Assembly: GCA_030324005.1 (NCBI GenBank)
Contig: JARDVH010000042.1
Coordinates: 82,023,337-82,087,336, forward strand
Direction: 5' to 3'
Source: Negaprion brevirostris
Lineage: Eukaryota
DNA length: 64,000 nucleotides
The notes beneath the pieces were generated by a model that saw only the letters and a program-made list of their open reading frames with translations, made no database searches and was not told the origin of the DNA. A program made the translations under genes and the position numbers. Positions 50,831-62,948 of this stretch are shown here, piece by piece. Position 1 is the first letter of the stretch. Every line of letters starts with the position of its first letter.

Positions 50831-52854
50831 AGCAAGGTTCATTCTGCAAGTAGAACAACTTGAAAAGCTCAAATGCTCCTTCGACAATTTGGGGGTTGGA
50901 TACTGAGCGCTATGCATTCCTGGCTGCTCACATTGCTGTGAGGAATACCATGAAGAATGCAAGGTTCACTTAGCTTCCACCATTGNNNNNNNNNNNNNNN
51001 NNNNNNNNNNNNNNNNNNNNNNNNNNNNNNNNNNNNNNNNNNNNNNNNNNNNNNNNNNNNNNNNNNNNNNNNNNNNNNNNNNNNNGCACCAATATTGCTA
51101 GCAAGTGCAAAAGCTTCTCTTGCCCATTATCCTTCCTCAATGCCACTGACTCAAAGCAGTTCTACAATTTACCAACTTCCCTACAATATCCCTCCCATTG
51201 GTGCCCTTCAACCAATGTTCTCACATTCATAAACAAGTTACAGGCCACTCACCATCCAGCACACAAGAATGGATAAGACAGATAGGTGGTGAAAAATAAC
51301 ATGCTAAATAAGGAACAAAAACTTAGAAAACTGGCATTTTCTCAGGCACCCTTCTCCATCCCATTGTGCAACTACATAGTCTTACTCTTCCCTTTTCTGC
51401 TAATCTGATGTGACTTTCCTAAGGCTTCAGCAGTGGTAGAGGCAGGCTGCCCCAATCCCTGCTGTTACTACTGAGGTGCCTTTGGCTGATGTCCTTTGTA
51501 TTTTGGAGGTCATTAAAACCCTGCCAAAGACTACTTCATCTATGCCAATGCAGGAGCAAATCTGGCCATCAGGAGACAAGCCAGCATACAAGGTACTGAC
51601 TAAGTGGTGGGCTGTGGGTGAGAAAAAAGTGCTTTGAGTAAAATCCCCACTCCCATGTCTTACTTCAACCCTCTCTGCTGCACCTCAGTGCTATTGTGTG
51701 TTGAAGAACACATTAATGCAGATCAGTGCTGCTCCACAAGGCCAAGACTAAGGTATCTGGTAATGTATGAAAGGTGGCAGGCATGTTGGTATCCAGGGTC
51801 AGTACAGAGCACATCTCAGTCCATTGTGTCTATGGTCCTCAGAAGAAGATATCACTCAGTAACCTGTGACAGCACCTCTTCATACTTGAGATGCACTGTG
51901 TAGTTGTGGTTGGTTTACTTTGAAGGCTTATCAATGCATGGCATGTTATCTGCTGCTCAGCGATTCTCCTTTTCATCGACAGTACAGCCCCTATACGCAA
52001 CAGAGCTTGGAAGGGCTGAATCCTCTGACACAGATTCCCCATGCTGACTGTGTCTTCACCATTTGCTCTTGTTCATTTGTGAAGAGTAAGAAGCAGCTAC
52101 TGGATTACTTGCCCCACTGAAGTGTGAGGATCTGAACTGGTGCACGGTCTGCCTGATTCCTGTGATGATGTATTCTCAGAAAGATTTAGCTTCGCTGAGA
52201 ATCGTCATCAGTGACCTCCACTATTGCTGATACACATTTGAAGGGCTGCAGGAGATAAAAGACATGAAATGGTCCCAGTGAGATGTTACAAGTTATTAGC
52301 AAGATTGTATTTCGCTTGCTGTTGAAATCAAGTCAATATGAGTGAGTGCCAAATGACATGGACAGCTTTTATTTAAGTGTGTCATCAGCTGGGAACTCCC
52401 TGTCTCTTGTCACCAACCCTCTAGGGTTGCCAAAAGTGCTCTGATTTCCAAAATTACCTCCTCTGCACTTGTTAGTCATGAGATGTTTTATAGTCCCATT
52501 CCGGGTTGCTCCTTCTCCCTGTTATTCTGTGAGTTCTATTGCAGGGACAATAAAAAAAAGAGACCTCTGGCCTAATTTAATGGCATGTATTGATCCAGTG
52601 AATGATGTGAATTTGGGAAGAATAACTGAAGAAGAGGCTTGACACTATATTAGGTAGAGAGATGAGTGGAAGTGGTGGATGGGGATAGATGGGGATGTGA
52701 GCAAGTACTGATAAAGAGTGGTAAATAAATGGGGGTGAGGAGTGATGTTCTTCAGTAAGGAAGGCAGAGTGAGAAGTTGAGGTGATGAGCAGAGCAGCAT
52801 TTAGGCAAATGTGTCGCTACCTACCTATGCCTGAAGTGTACACTTTTCCTGAAG

Positions 52855-53030
52855 TGTATAGGTCATTAAAGTGCTTAATGCGGAAAATCCATGAGAATCG
52901 TAGTATACCCTTGCTGCTCATCTCCACTGCTAGCTCCAATCATGGCCTCTATTGTAGGCCTTTTCTGGTTTATAGGAAAGATCTGTTTGAGAATCTGCAG
53001 CACATCCAAGGAGGAGTCACTAAGATACAG
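52855..53030 (-). pseudogene. Decayed Myb/SANT-like partner gene of the Harbinger element
   Basis: Minus strand LSDSSLDVLQILKQIFP.NQKR ... KHFND, convergent with the transposase at 50050-50830. Confidence 0.55.
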
Positions 53031-53219
53031 CTTTAGCTCGGATAGATTCCATTTTGCCATTAGATTATACGCTAAGTATCCAGAATGGGACTTTAGTCCA
53101 TAACCTTCTGACCCAGAGACAAGTATTTCCAATGAGCCAAGGCTGAAATCAAACTTGTCCACACTGCCTGGGTATAATGCTTCTGAAGGATGACAAATCA
53201 GACTGATATAAAGTTCATA

Positions 53220-53885
53220 AACTCTAAGAAGTAGGAGCAGGGGTAGGTCATTTGGTCCATAGGGTCAATAGCTCTGCCATTCAATAAGATGATGGCTAAT
53301 TGGATTGTGGCCTCATCTCCACTTTCCTGCATGACCATCAAAACCCTCAACTCCCTTGTAGATCAAAAATCTAACTCAATCTTGAATATATTCAGTTACA
53401 CAGTCTCCTGTGCTCTCTGTAGAAGATAATTTCAAAAACCAATGACCCTCTCAGAGAAGAAATTCTTTCTCAGCTCAATTGTAAATTTTTAAACTGTGTT
53501 CCATAGTTCTAGATCCCCCCATGAGGGGAAATATCCCCTCAATGTCTACTCTGTCAATGCCCCTTGGAGTCTTACATGTTTCAATAAGATCACCTCTCAT
53601 TCTGCTAAACTCTAATGAGTGTAGGCCCAACCTGCTGAACTTTTCCTTCTAAGAGAACTGTTCATCCCATGAATCAGAGTTATGTGAACTTTCTCTGAAC
53701 TCTGTGCTGTGCAGGTATGATAAGGTGACCAAAACTGTACATAGTACTGTAGGCATGGTCGTACCACTGTCTTGCACAATTGTAGCAAGAATTCATTTTT
53801 ATTTTACATCCCTCCTGCAATGAAAGCCACTATTCCATTTGCCTTCTGAATTGCTTGCTGTATCTGCAAGCTGACCTTCTGTCAT
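53220..53885 (-). mobile_element. CR1/HER1-like LINE 3' fragment
   Basis: aagtaggagcaggggtagg..ttcaataagatgatggct..tttcaataagatcacctctcattctgctaaactc..gaccaaaactgtacatagtactgtagg. Confidence 0.88.
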
Positions 53886-54679
53886 ATTTTATGAAGTTAT
53901 ATGAGTGATAAACTTTCCAATTCTTCATGAAAACTGGAATGCCCCGAGTGTGGTGCCTACATTGCATTGAAACCATCCTGGCTTCAGCCATGACTATATA
54001 TTTTTTTAAGTAGGGGCAATGTTTCTTTTGTGTTCCAATTCTCTTCCCAAACCAAGTGGGAAGATATTTATCTATTTCTAAAACAGGTCACTGGTCTGTC
54101 GCCAGAGACTTCTTACAGCATGATGGGGGCACCACAAATGTGGCTGATTAGGAGGCATGTTGGAAGGATTTGCAGGTTGACACCAGTTGGCCATCGAGCT
54201 CTGGCTTAGAGGCAGGGATGCTACCTTCTGTGCCATAAGACCTCCCTCTTTCGTACTGGTTAGAGTGTATCGTCCCAAAATGAAGAATGATCTTCTACTG
54301 AATGAACAGACTACAGTATTTTGGTACATTGCTGTTTCTCTATCTGTTCTATCTAGGAACACAAACGTTGCTTAAATTGAGCATCAAAGGTTCTTTTTGT
54401 CTTTACAAGCACACAACAAATGTGTAGACCTAATGCCTTTTATATCTTTTATATTGTGGAGTAGCCCTGTAAACTGTTCAGTTCTGTTGGAGAGTCCCTT
54501 GACACTAATTTACATTGCATGGTAGAATGCAGATAATCAAACATAATAAACTGACACTTACACCAAAGTGCTGTATTGACTGTGGTGATTTAGCTCCATT
54601 CAAAGCATCCTACTACCTGTGCACTTTGCTAATTGCATCATAGATTTCCTCTTAATGAACACCAGCCAAATTAACAGCG

Positions 54680-54716
54680 GAGCATTAATGTACCTGTGAG
54701 CATTAATGTACCTGTG
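54680..54716. repeat. Perfect 18-bp tandem duplication
   Basis: GAGCATTAATGTACCTGT twice (54680-54697, 54698-54715). Confidence 0.95.
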
Positions 54717-56994
54717 CACTATGGTCATTTGTACGGGCAACACAGCCAGAACCTCATGCATTTAGCTACACAAACATTATTGTTAAATGATTGGCTGCTT
54801 GCAATTGTTGACAGATTGCAGCCGTATGGGAGACCGAGGATGAAACCAATCAGGAAGTTAATGAGGAGAAAAATTACCACTGTGCCTGCTCCATAATTAC
54901 ATTTATGCTGGGCAAGAATAGGAGGTGTGGGTGGATTTGAACTCAGCTGTTATTTGTAAAGGTTAGGCGGGTCAAGAACCTTTCAATTGGTTCATGTATC
55001 TTCCGTGGCTGGTAATCTGATAGGTTATTACAGCTCAGGAATATCGTGGCTTGGCTACTCTCGATTTTAGTGTTTTTATTGTGGTCTTCATGCAGTTATA
55101 GGCCACACACAAAACGTGGCAACATTTCAAGGCGCTGAGTCAATTTGTATGTTTGTTTTATTTGACAGTTCTGGTGAAATTCTCTTTTACTTCACGAAAT
55201 TAAATTATAAAAAATAACAAGAACCCAGTTGGAATAATTATGGTCAGTAAGTGATAACAATAGACACTTCCTACTGCCTGTTGTTCTGTTAGTCCTTCCC
55301 CACTCACCCTCCCCCCACCTTCACCTTTTGAAGACATGGGGGGAGGAATTCAAACTTGTACCAATTCGCAGTACCAAATGGTTAACACATTGAGAATGTC
55401 AGCGAGAGGCTTGAGTTTGTTTCACTACTGAACCCCAAGTGAATGGGACAGGCGGGCTGTGGATGCCTTTGAGGCATTCTGATGTAGCTTGTTGGTCTGG
55501 GCTTCAATATTTGCGGCTGGCTCTAATGACGAGTTGGCCCGCAGGTCTGAGTCTGGGCTGCCAAGGCCTTCAGGCAGATTCTTGGGGTAGGGTGGGGCGA
55601 GGTGAGGCGATGTGGAGAGGGCCAAGAACAAGCCAGCAACAATCCACTTGCGCTGTTACTAGGCACCGCAGAAATGCAACTCATTAAAGACTTGCTGGTC
55701 ATATTTAACAACAGTCCGTTTAAGAGATGCTGGTTAGGATGCATGAACAAGAATGATTAGGCACAGGAGGCATGGCATAGACTTCACCCAATTGTATGCC
55801 AATTTCATTTGGGGTTGTGCAACCAGTTTTAAGATCTCTATTTNNNNNNNNNNACATGGCAGTGCTTGAGGCAGATCTGCTCGCACAAATAAAAGTTAGC
55901 TTCACATTTTTCAGCTGGAGTAAGTCCATGGTGATCTGGTATGGGAGATGGTAAACCAGAACTCATCCCAGATGGCAGTGAGGCTCAAGAACTGAAGAGT
56001 AGCAGAAATGTGAATGATCTTTTTTGTTGAAATAAGTTTTTGTAATCATTAGTGCGAGAAACATTAATTTGAAGTGGAATGTTGTCAAGTGTCAGACACC
56101 CAGCTCTTGTGTTGCACTGTTGGATGTAGAGTGCTGGCCCCAGTCTGCCCATTGAAACACCATCACCCCACCTCAGAAGAACATAATTTTCCACTCCAGC
56201 CTTTCCCTGACCTGTGAGTGAGAATGCTGGTCCTCTACATAATTATTCACAGTTTTCTGCGGTAGGTGAAGATAGCCAAACCTCATTCACAAAAGGACCA
56301 CTACTACCAAGATTTTTGTTCCAAATGTTGTGCTCGATTTCAGCCAAGTATCTTGTAGAAATGAAAGGACTACCTGGCGCACTGTATGTGAATACCCAAA
56401 CATAAATGAGCAATAGTTCTAGATTTATCTAAAGGTTTGTGCTGATCATATGTTTTCCAGATATTTCCCTAAACCCAATATTTTAGGGGCAGTTTTTTTA
56501 AATGACAGTGAAGAGTGATTGTTTTTATTCTTTCTCACTACTGGAATTAAGTCAGCTGCCCTAGTGCTGGTTGTTATCAGTGGAGGTTGTTGTATCATAT
56601 ATGTTGAGTATTTTAAATCCAGTCTGTCTGGATCCTAAATGAGTGTGAAGGGATATGGGGACAGGGAGGATGTCAAAATCGTGAGATTTGTCAGTCACCA
56701 AGGTTCTGTATTCTGTTTATCAGTTTATTGATGTGATAAATGTGTCAGCACTGCTACCCTAAATTAAAAATGTTCAGAAATCAAAAGACAGCAGAAGTGG
56801 ACAGAAAATTATTAAGATTTTATTTTGTTTGAATCTTCTGAATAGAGAGCTCCTACATCTGGCCTCACCAGTCTGACCTCCGATCTCACTCTGCAGTCAC
56901 CTCTCCTGTGCTGCTCACTGGTGCTAACTACTCAACTAGCAGGGGGCAGCTGTCAATGGTGCAATGGTGATAGAAAGATCATCAAACCCCAGGA

Positions 56995-57640
56995 AAGTTA
57001 TCGTGCTGAAAGGCCATTCAGCCTATTGTGACTATGCTGGCCAAAAAAGAAACTATCTATTCATTTTAATCCCACTTTCCAGCACCTGGTCTGCAGGTTA
57101 CAGTACTTTAGGTAGTTTTTTAAAATGAGTTGAGCATTTCAGCCTCGACCACCAACTTAAGCAATGAATTCCAGCTGCCCATCATCCTGGGTGAAAAAGT
57201 TTTTTTCTCACGTTTCTTCTAATCCTACAGCTCACCCTTAAATCTGTGCCCCTTAATAATTGAGCCCTCAACCAGGGGAAATAGGTCTTTCCTGTCAACC
57301 TTAGCTAGATCCCTCATAATTTCTGACCTCAATTAGGCCTCCTCTGTTCCAAGGAAAACAACTCTAACCTATTCAGTCTCTCCTCTTAGCTGCAATTTTC
57401 AACCCCTGGCAGCATTCTTGTAAATCTCCTCTGTACTCTCTGCAGAGCAATTATGTCCTTTCTGTAATATAGTGAACAGACCTGTACACAAAATTCCAGC
57501 ATTTTATACAGTTCCAATATTACATCCCGATTCTTGTATTCAGTACCTTGTCCAATAAAAAAAGCATTCCATACACTTCTTTGCCCACCTGTCCTACCCC
57601 CTTCAATGACCTGTGAAATGCACTCCAAGGTGTCTCACAA
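56995..57640 (-). mobile_element. CR1-like LINE 3' fragment
   Basis: Minus ORF EYKNRDVILELYKMLEFCVQVCSLYYRKDIIALQRVQRRFTRMLPG. Confidence 0.88.
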
Positions 57641-58519
57641 GAGATTGAAAGATGCAAATGAAACTAAGGGTTGTGAGGCAGGCTAGGAGATGGGCAAGAA
57701 AATGGCAGGGTGATACAGAGGAATGTTATTGCAACATCGTATCACTTTGCCAACTATTCAGATAGTTACGGCACGCGAAAACATGTGCTTGGATCTCCTT
57801 GATCATTAGGGAGAAAAAATATCAAGGGAAATTGCATATCATGAAGGTCCACTAAAGAACATTTCATTGGAGCAGATTTATCTCACTGCTGTCTCGGCTA
57901 GGGGATTGTACATACTGCTGAGGAGAAGTGCTGTTTTAATGTGCAAAGGGAACCAAATTCACAAGCTGCAATTTATAACAGGGAGGAGGGCAGGGTGGAC
58001 ACAAAATTCAGGTGGCTTAAATTGATAGAGAGTTGGACTCCCACCCATCACTGGGGAGGAAGTCCTGCCTTCAGGTGCTGCCAGCCAGTCCGATTGTTTG
58101 GCAGTGCCAAGAGCTCAGTAGTTGGTACAGCCAGAACTACAACTAGTTTCAAGATGAAGGCCCAGTGGATCCTGGAAATAGGTTCAGTCAGGGTATTGGG
58201 CCGGGTGGGTTTGGCCGGTTTGTTTGAGTTTGTTCATTAGTGTCACAAGTAGGCTTACATTAACATTGCATTGAAGTTACTGTGAAAATCCCCTAGTCGT
58301 CGCACTCCGGTGCCTATTCAGGTACGCTGAGAGTGGGGACAGTGGGTTTTGCAGAGCAAGTGGGTATGAGGAAAGCCAGGATACTATCTAAGCAGGTGAC
58401 TTTGATGTGCAAAGGGCACTCCCTGAAGATAGTTTCTCTCCCACCTTTCACAGTGACCAGGATTGGGTGCTTAGCATTCCAGAGTCCGCAATGTTTCAAG
58501 AGANNNNNNNNNNNNNNNN

Positions 58520-61335
58520 NGGCGGTGTTGATAGCATTGTTTATCAAGGAATGTTTCAGATCAGTGATGTGTCGTGATATAAAGGCAGTGGATAGTGATG
58601 TAGAGTCGTTTTGGGTTGAAATCATGAATAGCAGGGGAAGGAAGATGAGTAGGTGTAGTCTGTAGACACCTACAATGTGACTCAAGAAGTCAGTGGGTAA
58701 ATGGGGAAATATCAAGGGTATGTTTAAAGGAAACTGCAATTATCATGGGAGATTATATTGATTGGATTAACCAAACCAGCAAGGGTAGCATAGAAGAAGA
58801 ATTAGTGGAATGCATCAAGGAATGTGTTTTGGAGCAATGTGTTGCGGAACCTACCCAGGGATGGGCTATTTTAGATTTGGTTTTGTGTAACAAAGAAGTT
58901 AATAAGGGATCTTGTAGTTAAACATCCCTAGGGGGTAGTGACCACAATATGATAGAACTCCAGATACAGTTTGTGGGTGAACGCCATAGGTCCATAACCT
59001 GTGCCCTCAACTTAAATACGGGCAATTATAATGGTATGAGGGAGGAGATGTCTAGGATGAACTGGGTAAACAAGCTTTTACTAGCTGAACCTGCAAGCTA
59101 ACTTTCTGTATCCTTGTATCAGAACTGTCTGAATTCTGTCTGAATGTCAACATTTAAAAGTTTCATGCCTTTTAAAAAATGTTCTGCTTTTAATTCTTAC
59201 TTCCCATCTCGGACACCTTGTTTACTCATCTAACCAGTCTCTTTATGTCCTCCTTTCACTTTCAATTTAAATAAGGCCAATTTTAGTGGTATGAAGGAGG
59301 AGTTGTTTAAGGTGAACTGGGTAAACAAGTTGAGCAGAAATTCAAACAGCTGATCCAAAACAGTCAGCAGGAGTTTATCCCTATCAAAAAGAGGGATTCC
59401 ACAAGAAAAAGGCACAATCCATGGAGGTTAAGAATAATGTTGCATTGAAAAGCAGCATATACAAAGTGACAAGGGATAGTGGAAGACCAAAGGACTGGGG
59501 TTTTTTTGGATCCAGCAGCAAAAGACCATAAAGCTCATAAGGGCAAATATGAATTTTGAGAGAAAACTTGCATATAGCATGTAAACAAACAGAGTTTATG
59601 TGGATATATAAAAAAGAAACGGGCAGCGAAGGTAAATCTACTGAATGAGGTAGATGAATTGAAATTAGCAAACAAAGAAATGGCAGATATGCTAAATTAA
59701 CTTTTGCATCAGTTTTCACTGTGGAAGACATTGCAACTATCCCTAAGATATCAGACGGGCTGATTTCAAATAACATGGTAGAACTTACAAAAATCCCAAT
59801 CACAAGCGACAGAGTATTAGAGAAACTCAAGGGGCTAAAGGTAGACAAGTCGCCAGGACCCAATGAACTGCATGCCATGGTTTTGATGGATGTGGCTACA
59901 GGGATCGTGGACTCATTGGTTGCAATTTTTCATAACTTGTTAAACTCTGGGAGGGTACCAGAAGATTGGAAAACAGCCAATGTGACACACTTGTTTAAAA
60001 GGGGAGACAGGCAGAAGGTAGGGAGCTATAAGCCAGTTAATTTAACATCTATTATTGGCAAGATGCTGGAGTTAATTATCAAATAGGAAAAAGCTAATAA
60101 TTTAGGAAAGCTGAATATAATTAAACCTAGTCAGCATGATTTTAGGAAAGATAAATCACATTTGAGAAATTTGCTCAGATTCTTTGAGGATGTAACAGGA
60201 AGAGTAGATAGAGAGAAACCTGTAGATGTAGTGTCTTTAGATTTCCAAAAGGCATTTAATAATTACCATATAAGCGGCTGGTGCATAAAGGTCCATGGAA
60301 TTGGAGGAACTGGCATGGATTGAACAGTGGCTGTCTGATTGAAAACTGAATAGAAATAAATGGGTCCTTTTCAGACTGGAAAAATGTAACTAGTGGAGTA
60401 CCATAGGGATCAGTTCTTGGTCTGCAGTTGTTCACTATTTACATTAATTACCTGGAGGAAGGACAGAATGTAAGGTTTCCAAATTTGCTGATGATACGAA
60501 AATAGGTGGAAGGGCAGGTTGTGATGAGGATATTGTGATTCTGCAACTGAATGTAGATAGATTGGATGATTAGGTGAAAACATGGCAAATGGAGTTTGTG
60601 GGGAAGTGTGAGGTCATGCACTTCGGTCAGTTGGAAGAATGAAAAGGTAGATTATTATCTAAATGGGCAGAGACTGCAGGTGAGTGAAGTACAGAAGAAT
60701 ATAGGCATTCTAGTGCGCGAATCACAAAAATCTGGCAGGCAGGTCCAACAAGTAGTTAAGGCAAACAGCAATTTGGCCTTTATTGCAAAGGGGTTGGAGT
60801 TTAAACATAGGGCAGTTTTGTTGCAGTTTTATCCTAGAAAGGATATAGTAACATTGGAGGCAGTCCAAAGGAGATTCACCAGGCTAATTCCTGGGATATC
60901 CTATTAAGAGAGACGAAATAGTCTGGGTCTGTATTTCTTGGAGTTTATAGAAGTGAGGGATGACTTATTCAAACATATAAGATTCTGAGGGTGATTGACA
61001 GGGTAGGTGGTGAGATGTTTTCACTAGGCGGAGAGCCTCAAACAAGGGGACATAGCCACAAGATAAAGGGCCGTTCATTTAAAATTGAGGTGCATAGAAG
61101 TTTCTTCTTGTAGAGGGTGGTGAATCTCTGGAATTCTCCACCCCGAAGGGTGGCAAAGGCTGGACCATTAGAGTGGAGGTGGATAAATACTTGATAGGTC
61201 GAGAAATAGAGGGCTATGGGGAAATGGCACAAAAAAGGAGTTGAGGCCAGCTGGCATAGATCAGCCATGATCATATTGAATGGCCGGATAGGCTTGAAGG
61301 GTCTGGTGGCCCCTCCTGTTTCTATTTCTTGTGTT
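58520..61335 (+). mobile_element. Long decayed CR1/HER1-like LINE ORF2 (endonuclease, RT and 3' UTR)
   Basis: APE motifs (VESFWVEI, IIMGD, AILDLVLCN, LGGSDHNMI), RT motifs (LKVDKSPGP, WKTANVT.LFK.G, LDFQKAF, SKFADDTKIGG, WQMEF, QRRFTRLIPG) and tail tcagccatgatcatattgaatggc. Many stops and frameshifts. Confidence 0.93.
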
Positions 61336-62653
61336 CCTTTCCGTACTTTTAAAAACGTTTTTAAAAAACAGCCTGCCCCACTGTCTACAGCAATCATATT
61401 ATGGCATCGGCAGTGTAGTATTGGGGTCAGTTCACATGGTAACAAGCTCAATTGACTTTTAATTATTTATTTACATATGGTGGGTGAGTTGCCGATTTTG
61501 ACGCCATCTGCTTATCATGTTATGGGGGCGAGTTCAGGGGTGGGTGAAAAGAGGGTGGTTGGGCATCCGCCGAAAACACGTTCAGCTGAGGCATGTGAAA
61601 TCCACCCTCAACTCTGTTCCATTTGCAGTGGGCTGAATGTTAATTAACCTGATATATTGTAATTCTCATTTAAATGCAAATAATTAATATTGACAGTCAT
61701 TGCGTTCAAAATGTCAGTTATCATTCGACCTTGAACTCAGTTTGCAAAGCCATATTTCTTGAAGAAGAATGAATACTCCAGGAAAACCAGCCATTACAAT
61801 AGAAAGTAGATGAGTTAATCGTCCTGCTAGCCAGTGACCAAATTTGTTCATGGTGACCAGAGAAAAATGTCTTCTGCTTCCATCCCAGACTCTCCATCCT
61901 TTCCAGAGGAAAGAGGAAGTGTGCTGATGATAAACAAAATTTCATCAGAAAAAGGGTTACTCTGAAATTACCAGTAAATTATATCTAATATAAAGTGATA
62001 GCTCCTCTCACCACCACCCCCTCTGCCCCCCACATGTTAACTGTAAGCCTTCACCTCACCCAAGTCTATTTTTTTAAAAAATCTATGATGCTGTGTTTTT
62101 GTGAAGTTCTTCTTTTGTGAAGATGCTAGTGTTGGAGAAGGGTACAGTTTTCCCATTCAAGCCTTTATTGTCAGCACCAAGCATTCCAAGACCAGGTATT
62201 CCACAACCAGTTTAGAGCAAGGTTTTCTAACCGAAATGCACCATAACCTGAACCACTGAACAGCACTCAGTTCCCTACACGCAGTCATCCTCTGTTTTCT
62301 GATTGAGATTCCTATCAGTGTTAGTTTTATGCAGCTGATCCATATGTAGTCCATTCATCAGACTAAGATATCCAACTTCACTGCACAGAAGATAGCAATC
62401 GCTGGAAGCTAGGGGATACTTTTACCCTGTTTGTTTGGGGTAGATTTCTCTCCAGACCCCAGATGTAAAAGGAAGGAGTTTTCTAACCTATTGGTCCACT
62501 AAGGATCTCTTGATTTATAAGGTTTTTTTTAAACATGTAACTTACTGAATGTGGTGTACATCTGAATTACATGTGGGTTAAAGTTATTTTTTCATGAATT
62601 ATCAGAGACATGTAAAATATTAAACCAGGTTTTTACTATTTGTTTCATTGCAG

Positions 62654-62802
62654 TATTTTCACCTTCCAGTAGTCAGGACTCAGGTTTGATCTCTCTGTCC
62701 AGCAGTTCCCCTGTCAGCACCGGAAGCATTAAACAAGAGTGTGAATCTGTCACCGAGTCTGGCACCTTCTCTGTCGATTCCATTATTGAGAGTGCAGAGT
62801 GA
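62654..62802 (+). CDS. dmrt1: DMRT1 last coding exon (equivalent to human exon 5); not in the ORF track
   Basis: Acceptor tttgtttcattgcAG at 62652-53. Phase-1 join gives [49 protein letters not shown], with TGA at 62800-62802. This matches the DMRT1 C-terminus [20 protein letters not shown]. Confidence 0.96.
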
Positions 62803-62942
62803 GTAATGAGAATGATGCTTAAACTGCTGGAATTACAAAGCATGAATCTGAAAAGTGTATTTTAGCATCTGCTAAAATGGAGAAAAACTGTTTTTGTTGT
62901 ATTTCTTACACTGTTGTTGAATAGTTTCAAAAACTACAGTTC

Positions 62943-62948
62943 AATAAA
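62943..62948 (+). promoter_or_regulatory. Candidate proximal polyadenylation signal of dmrt1
   Basis: AATAAA about 140 nt after the stop codon. Further AATAAA hexamers at 63277-63282 and 63910-63915 could serve as distal sites. Confidence 0.55.

Noticed and set aside
55169-55246. 78-nt AG...GTAAGT-bounded segment
   Set aside because: Stops in all three frames; no support as a coding exon.
19575-62802. Degenerate or truncated sex-linked dmrt1 paralog (DM-W or dmrt1bY-like)
   Set aside because: All three exons are intact, in phase and have canonical splice sites; nothing in the sequence indicates a duplicate.
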